From Candidatus Bathyarchaeota archaeon (lineage in GTDB: Archaea; Thermoproteota; Bathyarchaeia; Bathyarchaeales; Bathycorpusculaceae): DNA of 64,000 nt. Below are positions 47,576-57,051 of the stretch, piece by piece. The notes under the pieces were generated by a model that saw nothing but the letters and a program-made list of their open reading frames with translations, was not told the origin of the DNA and ran no database searches. The position numbers and the translations under genes are program-made. Numbering within the stretch: the stretch's first letter is position 1; the number at the start of each line of letters is the position of its first letter. The DNA is taken from contig CAWHVC010000001.1 in assembly GCA_963832745.1 (NCBI GenBank), positions 224,001 through 288,000 on the forward strand. The letters run 5' to 3'.

Positions 47576-48763
47576 ATGAAGCCCTGCACTGCTCTATCAT
47601 TGATTTTAGTATTACTTACTGTTTTAGCATTTATTCTGCCTGTTACAGCTGTTGAATCGCCGATAGTAGGCGTCAAAAAAGGCGACTGGATAGAATATCA
47701 TGTTGAAAAGACCGGGCAAACCTCTGCCCCTGCAAAGAACATGACTTGGTTCCGCATGGACATTTTGGATGTTGAAGGCTCAGCTTTTGACGTGAACGTT
47801 ACCGTACTTTATGTCAACGGGAGCATATACAGTAGCATTTGGAAGTATAACTTTACGGAAGGCAACTTTGGCGGCTGGATAATCATTCCAGCAAACCTCA
47901 ACCCTGGAAACACCTTCTATGATTCGTGGAGTCCAGCTAACATCACCATTGAGGGACAAGAGCAGAAAATGGTGGCGGGTGCTAACCGAACTATAACGCA
48001 CGCTTGTGATTCAAAGCGAATTATCAAAGAATGGGACAAAGCCACAGGCGTTTACACGTTTGCGGTAGAACGATCTAAAAACATTACGATAATAACGCAG
48101 GCAGTTGCAACTAACATGTGGGCACCTCAAAATCAGGAAACCAAAGAAGTTTTCAACACGTTACTTGCCGTCCTTGTGGCCTTGGTGACTGCAGTGCTGC
48201 TTTTGCTCTTGGTTGTTGTCCGTAAACCCTGCTTTAACCGGCAGCCTTTAAGCGCTGGTGCACAAAAAAAGATTGCCGTCTTAACAATTCTTGGTGTGGT
48301 CCTGTTTGAAGTGGGAACAATCTTCTTTTTCCCTTTTTACGATGTATGCTTAAGTTTTGCAGAAATTAATTTGATAATGCAAACCGCTTGGACAGGCATG
48401 GTTTTTCTCAGTTTATGGTTTAGAAGTAAGGGCAATTATTTTGTTCATGAACTTTTAATGCTAATCGTTATCTCTGCATGGGCGGTTGGTTTAACAGCTG
48501 TGCTTTTCATGGATCCATTTAGTACATCAACAGACGTGTTTTCTAACACTTTTCTGCGTTTAGTAATGAATGTTTTGCATGGCGTTTTTTCTGTTCCTGC
48601 CCTAATTCTTGGGGTTTGGCTTGTAGCGCTTTGGCATCCTAACTCAACAACGTTTCCAGCCAAAAGCCGAAGAATTTCACAGCTAATTCCATTCTTTTGG
48701 ATAGCCTCATATTTTGTGGGCGTTTTGGATTTTCTGTTGCTTCACACACCCATTTTTGGCTAA
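47576..48763 (+). CDS. Secreted domain fused to a multi-TM domain (DUF420-like His pattern)
   Basis: Signal peptide, GVKKGDWIEY, WDKATGV, about 6 TM with two His. Confidence 0.75.
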   Translation: MKPCTALSLILVLLTVLAFILPVTAVESPIVGVKKGDWIEYHVEKTGQTSAPAKNMTWFRMDILDVEGSAFDVNVTVLYVNGSIYSSIWKYNFTEGNFGGWIIIPANLNPGNTFYDSWSPANITIEGQEQKMVAGANRTITHACDSKRIIKEWDKATGVYTFAVERSKNITIITQAVATNMWAPQNQETKEVFNTLLAVLVALVTAVLLLLLVVVRKPCFNRQPLSAGAQKKIAVLTILGVVLFEVGTIFFFPFYDVCLSFAEINLIMQTAWTGMVFLSLWFRSKGNYFVHELLMLIVISAWAVGLTAVLFMDPFSTSTDVFSNTFLRLVMNVLHGVFSVPALILGVWLVALWHPNSTTFPAKSRRISQLIPFFWIASYFVGVLDFLLLHTPIFG

Positions 48764-48901
48764 ATCACTTCAAAATAAGCTCCAAAATTTTATTTTGTTT
48801 ATTAAGGCTGATGCCATAAGATAATAGTGAAAGTTTATTTTGTCTTGGATTAGGTGTCAAGGTAAAGTTACTATTCGATTAACATACAAGAAGTAAAAAA
48901 C

Positions 48902-49108
48902 ATGGTAAAAATAGGGGATTGTGTAAAGTGCCCAGAATGCGCTCATATGGGTCACATTGTTTGGGTTTCCAAAAATGGGCAAGTAGTCGGAATACAATGT
49001 TCTGAAACTCACAATGTAGAAGGCCATACCGACTCGTATGGATTCAAACGTTCATCTTCGAAGGCAAACAAAAACAGTGTTTTCCTTGTTAAAACTGCAA
49101 CGTTATAA
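48902..49108 (+). CDS. Small Zn-binding protein
   Basis: CPEC...C...H. Confidence 0.7.
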   Translation: MVKIGDCVKCPECAHMGHIVWVSKNGQVVGIQCSETHNVEGHTDSYGFKRSSSKANKNSVFLVKTATL

Positions 49109-49116
49109 TCCTGAAA

Positions 49117-49659
49117 ATGCTAAATCAAAACTCCTTGCTCTACAGCAAAATAAAGATAGGTAACGAATCTGAGAAAACAGTCTTGCCTGAAGTTCAGTCG
49201 GGTTTCTACTCAAATTATTCCCGCTTTGTCTTGAAAGCGTTAAGAAAATCTTCATTTCAAACATTTCTTTATTGGATGCTTTTATCGGAAAATATAGAAG
49301 AAAAAACGATAAACACCGTTTGTATTAAAATTTTTCCAGCTCCAGGAAAGAACGGTTTCAACATTGCAGGAAAATGTAACACTTTCAAAGGAAAGATAAG
49401 GATTTACCCTAAAACCAACAACTTCTGTGACGCTTTCAGCAAAAAATTTGGAAAAACAATCCTGATTTCTTACGTGGGAAACAGGGCTAGAGCATCATTG
49501 ATTCATGAATTATTGCATTTAAAATATACTAGTGATGAGCAGAAGGTGAGGGAGTTAACGGAGGCTTATTTTTCGGTTTACCTGAAAAGGCAATTAACTA
49601 AAAATTCTTTGGTTATAAAGGCCTTAATATTTAATTCACAAAAGGCGTCGTTTTACTAA
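49117..49659 (+). CDS. Hypothetical protein with HExxH motif
   Basis: LIHELLHLKY..DE. Confidence 0.7.
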   Translation: MLNQNSLLYSKIKIGNESEKTVLPEVQSGFYSNYSRFVLKALRKSSFQTFLYWMLLSENIEEKTINTVCIKIFPAPGKNGFNIAGKCNTFKGKIRIYPKTNNFCDAFSKKFGKTILISYVGNRARASLIHELLHLKYTSDEQKVRELTEAYFSVYLKRQLTKNSLVIKALIFNSQKASFY

Positions 49660-49741
49660 TTCAAAACGAAATGGTACACACGATTTAAAGCCGCTACCAC
49701 AGGGTATGGAAGATTAATTAAAGATTTCAACCATACTTAAT

Positions 49742-50593
49742 ATGAGGAATTTTGTTTTGGCAATACCTCAAGGAATAAAAATTGAGTTGCCAACAGTTGT
49801 TGACATCGCTTACGAACAGTACAAACTGGATTTGCCAAATCATAAAACAACACGAGATATAATGACATCAAATGTTATCACTATCGCGCCGGATGTTTCT
49901 CTTGATAACGCTGCTCAACTTATGGGTGAAAAACACATTGGCAGCCTAATCGTAACAAATTACGAAACGCCCGTTGGCATAGTTACAGAGAGGGATTTGT
50001 TAAGCAAAGTTTTAGCTTTTGGGCTGTTTCTTACCGACGAAAAAGTCAACGGCATCATGTCATACCCCTTAGCAGGCATTTCTGTAAACGCCACAATAAA
50101 AGAGGCAGCTCAAGAAATGGTTCACAGTAAAGGTAGACTAGCAGTTTTTGACGCTGGAACACTTGTAGGCATAATAACCGCTTCAGACCTCATCAAAAGT
50201 TTACCTGATGTTGAGGAAACTGAAGTTAAAATTGATGATTTCATGACAAAAGACGTAATCACAACTGATGAGAACACGTCCGTTATCAACGCCTCAAAAA
50301 TAATGGGGCAACATCGCATAGGCAGCGTCATAGTTACCCATAACGGTGAACCGTTTGGAATTTTTACTGAACGCGACCTGCTTACAAACTTTCTGGCAAA
50401 AAGCAGAGCTCTTTTTTCAGAAGTAGGATTGGATTGTTCAAAACCGCTTGTTGCTATTCCAGCAGGAACAAGTGTTCACCGTGCCGCTGCGGCAATGGCG
50501 TTAAAACACATAAGACGTTTACCTGTATTGAAAGATGAAAAAATTGTGGGAATAATTACTGCGCGTGACCTTGTTGAAGCTTATGCAAGATGA
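49742..50593 (+). CDS. Four-CBS-domain protein
   Basis: Repeated GIVTERD/GIITASD/GIFTERD/GIITARD. Confidence 0.93.
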   Translation: MRNFVLAIPQGIKIELPTVVDIAYEQYKLDLPNHKTTRDIMTSNVITIAPDVSLDNAAQLMGEKHIGSLIVTNYETPVGIVTERDLLSKVLAFGLFLTDEKVNGIMSYPLAGISVNATIKEAAQEMVHSKGRLAVFDAGTLVGIITASDLIKSLPDVEETEVKIDDFMTKDVITTDENTSVINASKIMGQHRIGSVIVTHNGEPFGIFTERDLLTNFLAKSRALFSEVGLDCSKPLVAIPAGTSVHRAAAAMALKHIRRLPVLKDEKIVGIITARDLVEAYAR

Positions 50594-50613
50594 GTTGTGC
50601 CTGTTTTGGAGGT

Positions 50614-50922
50614 TTAGAGAAGTTTTAAGGCTTCAGTGCGGGGGATAGCAGTCAAGACTTCGACGTCGCCGACATCTACGAATGGTATAAGCAGTTTCAT
50701 GGCTTCCTTTTCAGATGGGGCATCCATTATGGTTACAAAATTATAATGACCAAGAGTCCAATATAGTTGCAGCTTTACGCCTTTATTTTCTAATTCTTGA
50801 TACATTTTAGAGAAATTATCTAAAACATCTTTTTTCATGGAAAACTTCCATTTCAACAGAAAAATGAAAATCAAACAATATTCACCACCTTTTATTGAAA
50901 CAAACAAAAAATACCTAGTCAA
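50614..50922 (-). CDS. GYD domain protein
   Basis: YWTLGHYNFV..DAPS. Confidence 0.8.
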   Translation of the reverse strand: MTRYFLFVSIKGGEYCLIFIFLLKWKFSMKKDVLDNFSKMYQELENKGVKLQLYWTLGHYNFVTIMDAPSEKEAMKLLIPFVDVGDVEVLTAIPRTEALKLL

Positions 50923-50991
50923 ATTATGTAGTTAAAAGTTGTGGAGGTAGCCAACTACCGTTAAAAAAAAGAAACTGCCATTGCGGCAGGG

Positions 50992-52383
50992 CTATTTACG
51001 TTTTTTGAAGACAACACACACAACAGTTACTACAACAATCAAAGCGATAACTCCAATGATTATTGTTTGTAGTTGTGTGAAATCTTGCATCAGTTCGGTT
51101 GTTGGTGTTGGAGTTTCTGTTGGTGTAACTGTTACTGTTGGGGCAACAGTTGATGGGGTTGGTGTTGATTCTGGCGACTCAAACGCGTTGGATATGACAA
51201 GCCAACCGTCTGTTCCTCCTGCACCGTAAGATGCAGTGACTCCGGCAACAGCGTAAACGCCATCTTGAGTCACAGACAGCCATTGGCCTTGGTCAAAATC
51301 GACACCACCGCAGGTTTGGTTCCACTGAATTACACCGTTTGAGTCAGTTTTGACCAGCCAAAAATCTGAAGATCCAGCCGTTCCAAATGAAATGGTTGAA
51401 CCAACTATGGCGTAACCCCCATCAGGTGTAGCAGTTAAAACGTAAGCGATGTCATCTTCAGGTCCACCATATGTCTGGTTCCACAACATATTGCCGCTTG
51501 AATCAATTTTGATTAGCCAGAAATCATTGTGTCCTGCTCCAAAAGACGCTGTGCAACCTGACAGGGTGTAGCTCTCATCTGAGTTTTTGATTATCCACCA
51601 GCCGATATCACTTTCTGAACCGCCAAAGGTTTTACTCCATTGCTCCGTACCGTTAGCGTCCAGTTTGATGACCCACGCGTCAACACTGTCTTCAATGATT
51701 GTTTGACCAGTTAAAGTGTAACCTCCATCTGAAGTCTGAGTGATGCCCCAGAAAATGTCTTCGTTAGCGCCACCGTATGTTTGATTCCATTGCTCAGCGC
51801 CGTTAGCGTCAACCTTGATGAGTAACGCGTCACCAGGAGAAGTTACGTTTTGATAAATGGCGCCAGCCAACGCATAACCCCCGTCAGATGTTGCAACTAT
51901 CACCATTGCATAGTCAGCGTCTGCTAATTTTCCGTATGTTTGATTCCATAAGGCGTTGCCGTTTGCGTCAACTTTAATAAGCCAGACATCAGGGCACTCT
52001 TCCCCGCCTGTACTGTTGTCATAGCAGGTATAGCCGACCAACGCGTAGTTACCGTCTGAAGTTGCAATTATGTTGCAGCCATAATCGGTGTATGGGCCAC
52101 CAAAGGTTTTGTTCCACAGCATAGTTCCGTGGGCATCAACTTTTACCAGCCAGATGTCACTGCTGCCTGCACCATAAGAGCATGTGGATCCAACCATTAA
52201 GTATCCGCCGTCGGTTGCGGCTACAAAGCCGTATGTGTAGTCGTTGGCGGGACCGCCGTAAGTCCAAGAATCCATGCTTGCAGCGTTAACACTGGAAACA
52301 AATGATGGTCCTGTTAGGGTAAAGCAAATTAAAACACAAATTATTAAGGTAATCTTTGAGGTTTTTTGCATGTTATTTCCCAT
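50992..52383 (-). CDS. Secreted beta-propeller repeat protein with C-terminal anchor
   Basis: About 7 repeats T.DGGY..G...D.WL.K.D..G...WNQTYGG; Pro/Thr linker, TM, KKRK. Confidence 0.92.
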   Translation of the reverse strand: MGNNMQKTSKITLIICVLICFTLTGPSFVSSVNAASMDSWTYGGPANDYTYGFVAATDGGYLMVGSTCSYGAGSSDIWLVKVDAHGTMLWNKTFGGPYTDYGCNIIATSDGNYALVGYTCYDNSTGGEECPDVWLIKVDANGNALWNQTYGKLADADYAMVIVATSDGGYALAGAIYQNVTSPGDALLIKVDANGAEQWNQTYGGANEDIFWGITQTSDGGYTLTGQTIIEDSVDAWVIKLDANGTEQWSKTFGGSESDIGWWIIKNSDESYTLSGCTASFGAGHNDFWLIKIDSSGNMLWNQTYGGPEDDIAYVLTATPDGGYAIVGSTISFGTAGSSDFWLVKTDSNGVIQWNQTCGGVDFDQGQWLSVTQDGVYAVAGVTASYGAGGTDGWLVISNAFESPESTPTPSTVAPTVTVTPTETPTPTTELMQDFTQLQTIIIGVIALIVVVTVVCVVFKKRK

Positions 52384-52991
52384 TTTTTAACTCTATACTG
52401 GAAATAACACGGGCTATCACGGATATTTATCGGCTGTTAACCAGCAGTACAGATTGCCAACCAAAATCAAAAAACAAAATACAATCTTTGTTTGTAGAAT
52501 TTAAAATGAAAATGTTTAATCAAAATTTTTTCCAACTAAATGCATAGTTAGCAGCAAAATCCCAACAGCTCCAATAATGAAAACCACTCCAAGGACATTT
52601 TGAAAATTACTAAACCACGCAACCACATCAAACATTAACTATTAACCAATAAAAAAACCAAAATGAACAGTATAAGAAATTGTTATAGCATCAAAGCAGT
52701 CACAAATAAGCTTAAACAAACCGACAAAATAATGACTTAGTAGATTGGTGATGAGCAAAAAAACTGATAAAAAATGCGTCGACTGCTCAACGTCTCAGCA
52801 AATAAAATGTTTTGGCATAGAAGAAGTTGGTCATGGAATAAGCAAAAATAGAAAATGCACCAAGCACCGTTAAGTCACTAGTAGTTGTCATTTTTTATGC
52901 CTTAACGCATGGATTTTTTCTGTAAGTGCTTGAAAAAAAGTTATAAGTTCTTATATCCTTTGACAGAGCTTGGCTCACTTGAGGGGACGTT

Positions 52992-54041
52992 ATGACAGAT
53001 TTACTTAGCTTTGAATTCATCGTTAACATAGTAATCATTGCTGTTGCACTAATTTTCTTGAACCTTTCAAGCGACACTGTTATCAAATACGCCACTAAAG
53101 TGGCAGCCATAAGCAAACTAGGCAAGACCTCTATAGGCTTCACTTTAATTTCTCTGTCAACGACACTGCCCGAATTAACTGTCGCGTTAAGTGCCGCATT
53201 TTCTGGAGGTGCCCCCTTATCAATCGGGAACGCTTTAGGTTCAAACATTTTCAACATTTCAGCCATTCTTGGCATAGGCGCGGTTCTGTTAGCATTAAAC
53301 ATCGGTTACGGAAAGAGAAGAAGAAAGAATTTAGCGGTAACAGACGGAAACATTATCCCCGTTTTCGTAAAATCTGAATTAAGTAACATTGAATTTGGCT
53401 TGTTTATTGCGTCAGTCGTTCCATTGGCGCTTATTTACGTTACGCAAGCAACGTGGCTGGTTGGATTGCTTTTGCTTTTCATTTTCGGCTGGTACATGTA
53501 TCGACTGTCAAAAGTTAGGATAACAACTGAAGAGGCGGAAGTAGAAGTTACCAAAGAAGAAAAAGGCAAACTCAAAAGATTCGTGTTATTCACAATTATC
53601 GGAGCATTAGGCGTAGTAATCAGCGCAAACTTTATGGTTCAATCAGCAATCACCATAGCAACTTCAGCTGGTGTCCCCCAACAAGTTATCGGCGCCACAA
53701 TAGTAGCAATAGGAACAAGTCTGCCTGAATTAACAATAGGCATAAAATCCATCCTGCGTGGTCACTCCAACTTGGCACTTGGCAACATTATCGGCTCAGC
53801 CTTCTTTAACACCACTTTAATCCTTGGTGTAAGCTTGTTTGTGCCAGCCCTGTTGGGTTCACCTTTAGTGTTAAACATGAATGTGTACTTGAACCTGATT
53901 ATCTTCTCGATAGTCATTAACACGTTCTTCTGGTACTTCCTATCAAGAAGAGTAATAGCCCTAAAAGAAGGCCTCGTACTCATAGGAATCTACATCCTGT
54001 TCTTAATCGCCACTTTAGGCGCAGGCGCCCTACCCATTTAG
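52992..54041 (+). CDS. Na+/Ca2+ (CaCA, YrbG-like) antiporter
   Basis: Two alpha repeats TTLPEL/GTSLPEL and GNALGSN/GNIIGS. Confidence 0.92.
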   Translation: MTDLLSFEFIVNIVIIAVALIFLNLSSDTVIKYATKVAAISKLGKTSIGFTLISLSTTLPELTVALSAAFSGGAPLSIGNALGSNIFNISAILGIGAVLLALNIGYGKRRRKNLAVTDGNIIPVFVKSELSNIEFGLFIASVVPLALIYVTQATWLVGLLLLFIFGWYMYRLSKVRITTEEAEVEVTKEEKGKLKRFVLFTIIGALGVVISANFMVQSAITIATSAGVPQQVIGATIVAIGTSLPELTIGIKSILRGHSNLALGNIIGSAFFNTTLILGVSLFVPALLGSPLVLNMNVYLNLIIFSIVINTFFWYFLSRRVIALKEGLVLIGIYILFLIATLGAGALPI

Positions 54042-54166
54042 AAAACTAAACTGGCAAAAAACCAGCACCCATTTAATTTTTTTCCAAACAAAGGTTTTTA
54101 GCCCTAAAGCAAAGCGGTAAGCGTTTATACCATACTGTTGTCAATGTTCTGTAGCATATTTTAGAA

Positions 54167-54487
54167 ATGTTTGGAGGTGGACACGCTAAAATGCTAACAT
54201 ACATAATTTTAATGAAAGGCACTCAAAAAGGAATGGCTAACCCAAAAACTTTAGCAACAGACATTCAAGCAGCTGCTGAAACTCTCAAGAGGTTTGGAGG
54301 AAAACAATTAGACTGGAACCTGACAATGGGGCCATATGACGCCGTCGCAAAAGTGGAATTCTCAGATGAACAATCCGCTGCTGCTTTTCTTTTAGCTGTT
54401 GCCGCAACAGGAAACCAAGAAACCATAACAATGAGAGCATTTGGTCTTGCCGAAGTAAAACAGATAACTGAAAAAATTTTTCCATAA
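54167..54487 (+). CDS. GYD domain protein
   Basis: TMGPYDAV, T.TMRAF. Confidence 0.88.
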   Translation: MFGGGHAKMLTYIILMKGTQKGMANPKTLATDIQAAAETLKRFGGKQLDWNLTMGPYDAVAKVEFSDEQSAAAFLLAVAATGNQETITMRAFGLAEVKQITEKIFP

Positions 54488-54541
54488 TTTTTTTATTAAA
54501 TCAAAATTAAAAAAGAAATATCCCTTAAAAAAGGGTCGGTT

Positions 54542-55204
54542 TTATGCTTCTAGGCTTTCTCGCTTATTCACGCCATAACCCGAATTGATTTCAGGTAAGC
54601 GGTCTTTCAGTTTGCTTTCCGCGGCAATTTCAGCTTCTTCAAGAATTTTAAGTGCTTCTTCGTTTGCTGCTTGAGCACCTACGTTGGAGACGTCTGTGTA
54701 CTCGTTACTTGTTGTAGAGCATATTTCTGTTAGCAGGTTGCCGATGTTGCCTAGTTCTTGGCTTGCTTCAGGCATGATACCGCACATTTCTGAACGGACA
54801 CCATTTAGCATGGTTTTTGCTGGGCTCAAAATGGACACTAAATCGCCCATTTCTGAAACAGTGTTCAAACGCATGGAGACGCTTTGCAGTGCCAACGAGG
54901 CGTGTGAAAGCATTTTCTCGACTTTACGGATTTCGCCTAGTTCAGTAGCCAAAATGTTTGCTCGTGCCTGATCCCGTACTTCCATTGCACGCACGACGCG
55001 TTGGAAAACTTCAGCGTCACGCATTTCAAAACGTTTAACTGCTGCATCAAGCGTGCGGGTTTGTGCATCGAGCCGTTGGGTAACCAGACTAATCTGTTCT
55101 TTTACGTTTTCTTGCGGTTTTGTCGCGTTTTTAATTTTTGATACAACCGATTCTTTTTCTTCTTGCTTCCACTTAAAACGATTACCCAAACTTGCATTCT
55201 CCAT
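54542..55204 (-). CDS. Snf7/ESCRT-III (CdvB-like) protein
   Basis: Coiled-coil; RANILATELGEIRK, RLNTVSEMGD, EEALKILEEA. Confidence 0.88.
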   Translation of the reverse strand: MENASLGNRFKWKQEEKESVVSKIKNATKPQENVKEQISLVTQRLDAQTRTLDAAVKRFEMRDAEVFQRVVRAMEVRDQARANILATELGEIRKVEKMLSHASLALQSVSMRLNTVSEMGDLVSILSPAKTMLNGVRSEMCGIMPEASQELGNIGNLLTEICSTTSNEYTDVSNVGAQAANEEALKILEEAEIAAESKLKDRLPEINSGYGVNKRESLEA

Positions 55205-55517
55205 CTGTGCTTTAGTTCATGTGAGACAAGTTAACATAAAAGAGTGTTCGCCATGTTAGGCTAAAAGTTGTCGTCTGCTTGCTTGCTTTTTTTAATTTAA
55301 TGTATAAATTTTTATGTTGATAATGCCTTTGAGGACAAGGTCCGGTTGGGAAATGCAGGGAGAATTTAACAGGTTTAATCGTTTGTAGCTTATATAGTGC
55401 CGCGGAATCTTTGCGAAAAAACATGGTAAAACATAATTTACATGTTCGGTAATAAGTTATTTTTTGATTTTGAAGGGTTATATAATGTTAAAAAAGTGGT
55501 TAAGAGTTATTTTACTC

Positions 55518-56870
55518 CTAACTCTTTGATTGTACTTTGGGGTTTCTCTTTTTAAAAAGTACTGTAACGGCTGCGACTAAAGCGATGATTACTGCTACAA
55601 GTGCACCAATTATTAGCGTTGTATCAATCGGCAAGCCAGTTGATTGCGTTGGAGTCTCGTTTAAGCCTATGACCAGGTTATGTGAACTTTGATGGTAAGT
55701 AAAAGAAAGTGACCATGAATCTGACTGTGATGCTGAATTATAGTTTACCTCGTTTCCATCAAGGAAAACACCTATTGTTGAAATGTCAGCGACTAAAGAT
55801 TTCGGAATTATTACGTTAACATAGCCTGTCGAGCCTGAGGGTCCATCTGTGCTAAAGCTTAAACTTTTAGCTTCTGAATCAAACGACAAGCCAGAGAGTG
55901 TCGAATTTGAAGTTACTGAGAAAACGCTTTGGTCTTCAAAGGGTGTTATGGCAAAATTGACTGTTTCTGATGTACTGCTGTATTCAGAGTTGCCAGTCCA
56001 AACTGCTTTCAGTACATAGTTACCAGTGACAGAGGGTTTCCATGAAACAGAAAATGTGCCACTTGAGTCTGTGTTTACAAATGACAGTACATCCCAAGAA
56101 TCACCGCCTGTTACGCTAAGATAAAGCAGTATGCCCGCGTTTGGAATACTTGTACCTCCTGCGGTTAAGAGACCATTGATTTTCACATTAAAGCCATCGT
56201 ATGTTGAGGAACTTTGGCAGGAAACTGTTAAGTCACCTTGAGGCAACGGGGCTGGTGTCGAAGTTGGGGTTGGGGTTTGTGTTGGGTTCTCAGTAGGTGC
56301 TGCTGTGGCGTTTGGCGTTTCGCCTCCAGAGTAAGCGCTTAGTTTCCTGTTGCCACTCATTTGCACGCTAAGTGTGGTACTTGATCCCGCATATACTCCG
56401 TCTAGGTACCACCCGTTGAAAGTGTAGCCAGAATTTGGCTGAATTGTAACTTGAACATTATTTCCAAATGGATAATATAATGTTCCAGGAGGCGGATTTG
56501 TTATTCCAGCGTCTGACGGGTTAACTGTTACTTCTAATGATACTGCTTGTTGGCTGAATGTTGCGGTTAGTGTATTGTCATGAAGCATGGTTACTGTTAT
56601 TGTTGTTAGTTTGTTTTGGTAGACGCCGTTTAGGTACCAACCGCTAAACACATAACCCGAATTTGGTGTTGCCGTCACTTGATATGACAGGCCATAGTCA
56701 ATTTGTATAACGCCAGACCCAGGGTTAGTGTAGCCGCCCATTTGATTGTTGTTAGTAATTGTTAAACGGTACAAGTAAGGATATTGAGCATTAACTGTAG
56801 CGGCTTGCAAAATAACGCCGCATAATAATATTAAAGTTAATAATGTAATTGAAACAACTTTGTTTTTCAT
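55518..56870 (-). CDS. Cell-surface protein with InlB-B/Listeria-Bacteroides-like repeats
   Basis: Two PNSGY.F.GWYL.G repeats, Ig-like domain, C-terminal TM. Confidence 0.85.
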   Translation of the reverse strand: MKNKVVSITLLTLILLCGVILQAATVNAQYPYLYRLTITNNNQMGGYTNPGSGVIQIDYGLSYQVTATPNSGYVFSGWYLNGVYQNKLTTITVTMLHDNTLTATFSQQAVSLEVTVNPSDAGITNPPPGTLYYPFGNNVQVTIQPNSGYTFNGWYLDGVYAGSSTTLSVQMSGNRKLSAYSGGETPNATAAPTENPTQTPTPTSTPAPLPQGDLTVSCQSSSTYDGFNVKINGLLTAGGTSIPNAGILLYLSVTGGDSWDVLSFVNTDSSGTFSVSWKPSVTGNYVLKAVWTGNSEYSSTSETVNFAITPFEDQSVFSVTSNSTLSGLSFDSEAKSLSFSTDGPSGSTGYVNVIIPKSLVADISTIGVFLDGNEVNYNSASQSDSWSLSFTYHQSSHNLVIGLNETPTQSTGLPIDTTLIIGALVAVIIALVAAVTVLFKKRNPKVQSKS

Positions 56871-57051
56871 TTTTTCTTCCCCTTAATATTATTTCGAGGG
56901 CATGAACATATAAGCTTATCCAGCAAACATCCAACCGCTAAAAAATAGCAGCGCGGTCAAACGAGGCTAAAGTTAATGATGTTTAACTACAACTTGTATG
57001 CAAGTATAGCACACGACACACCGCAATAATATGTAGCATGGAGAAAATCGA

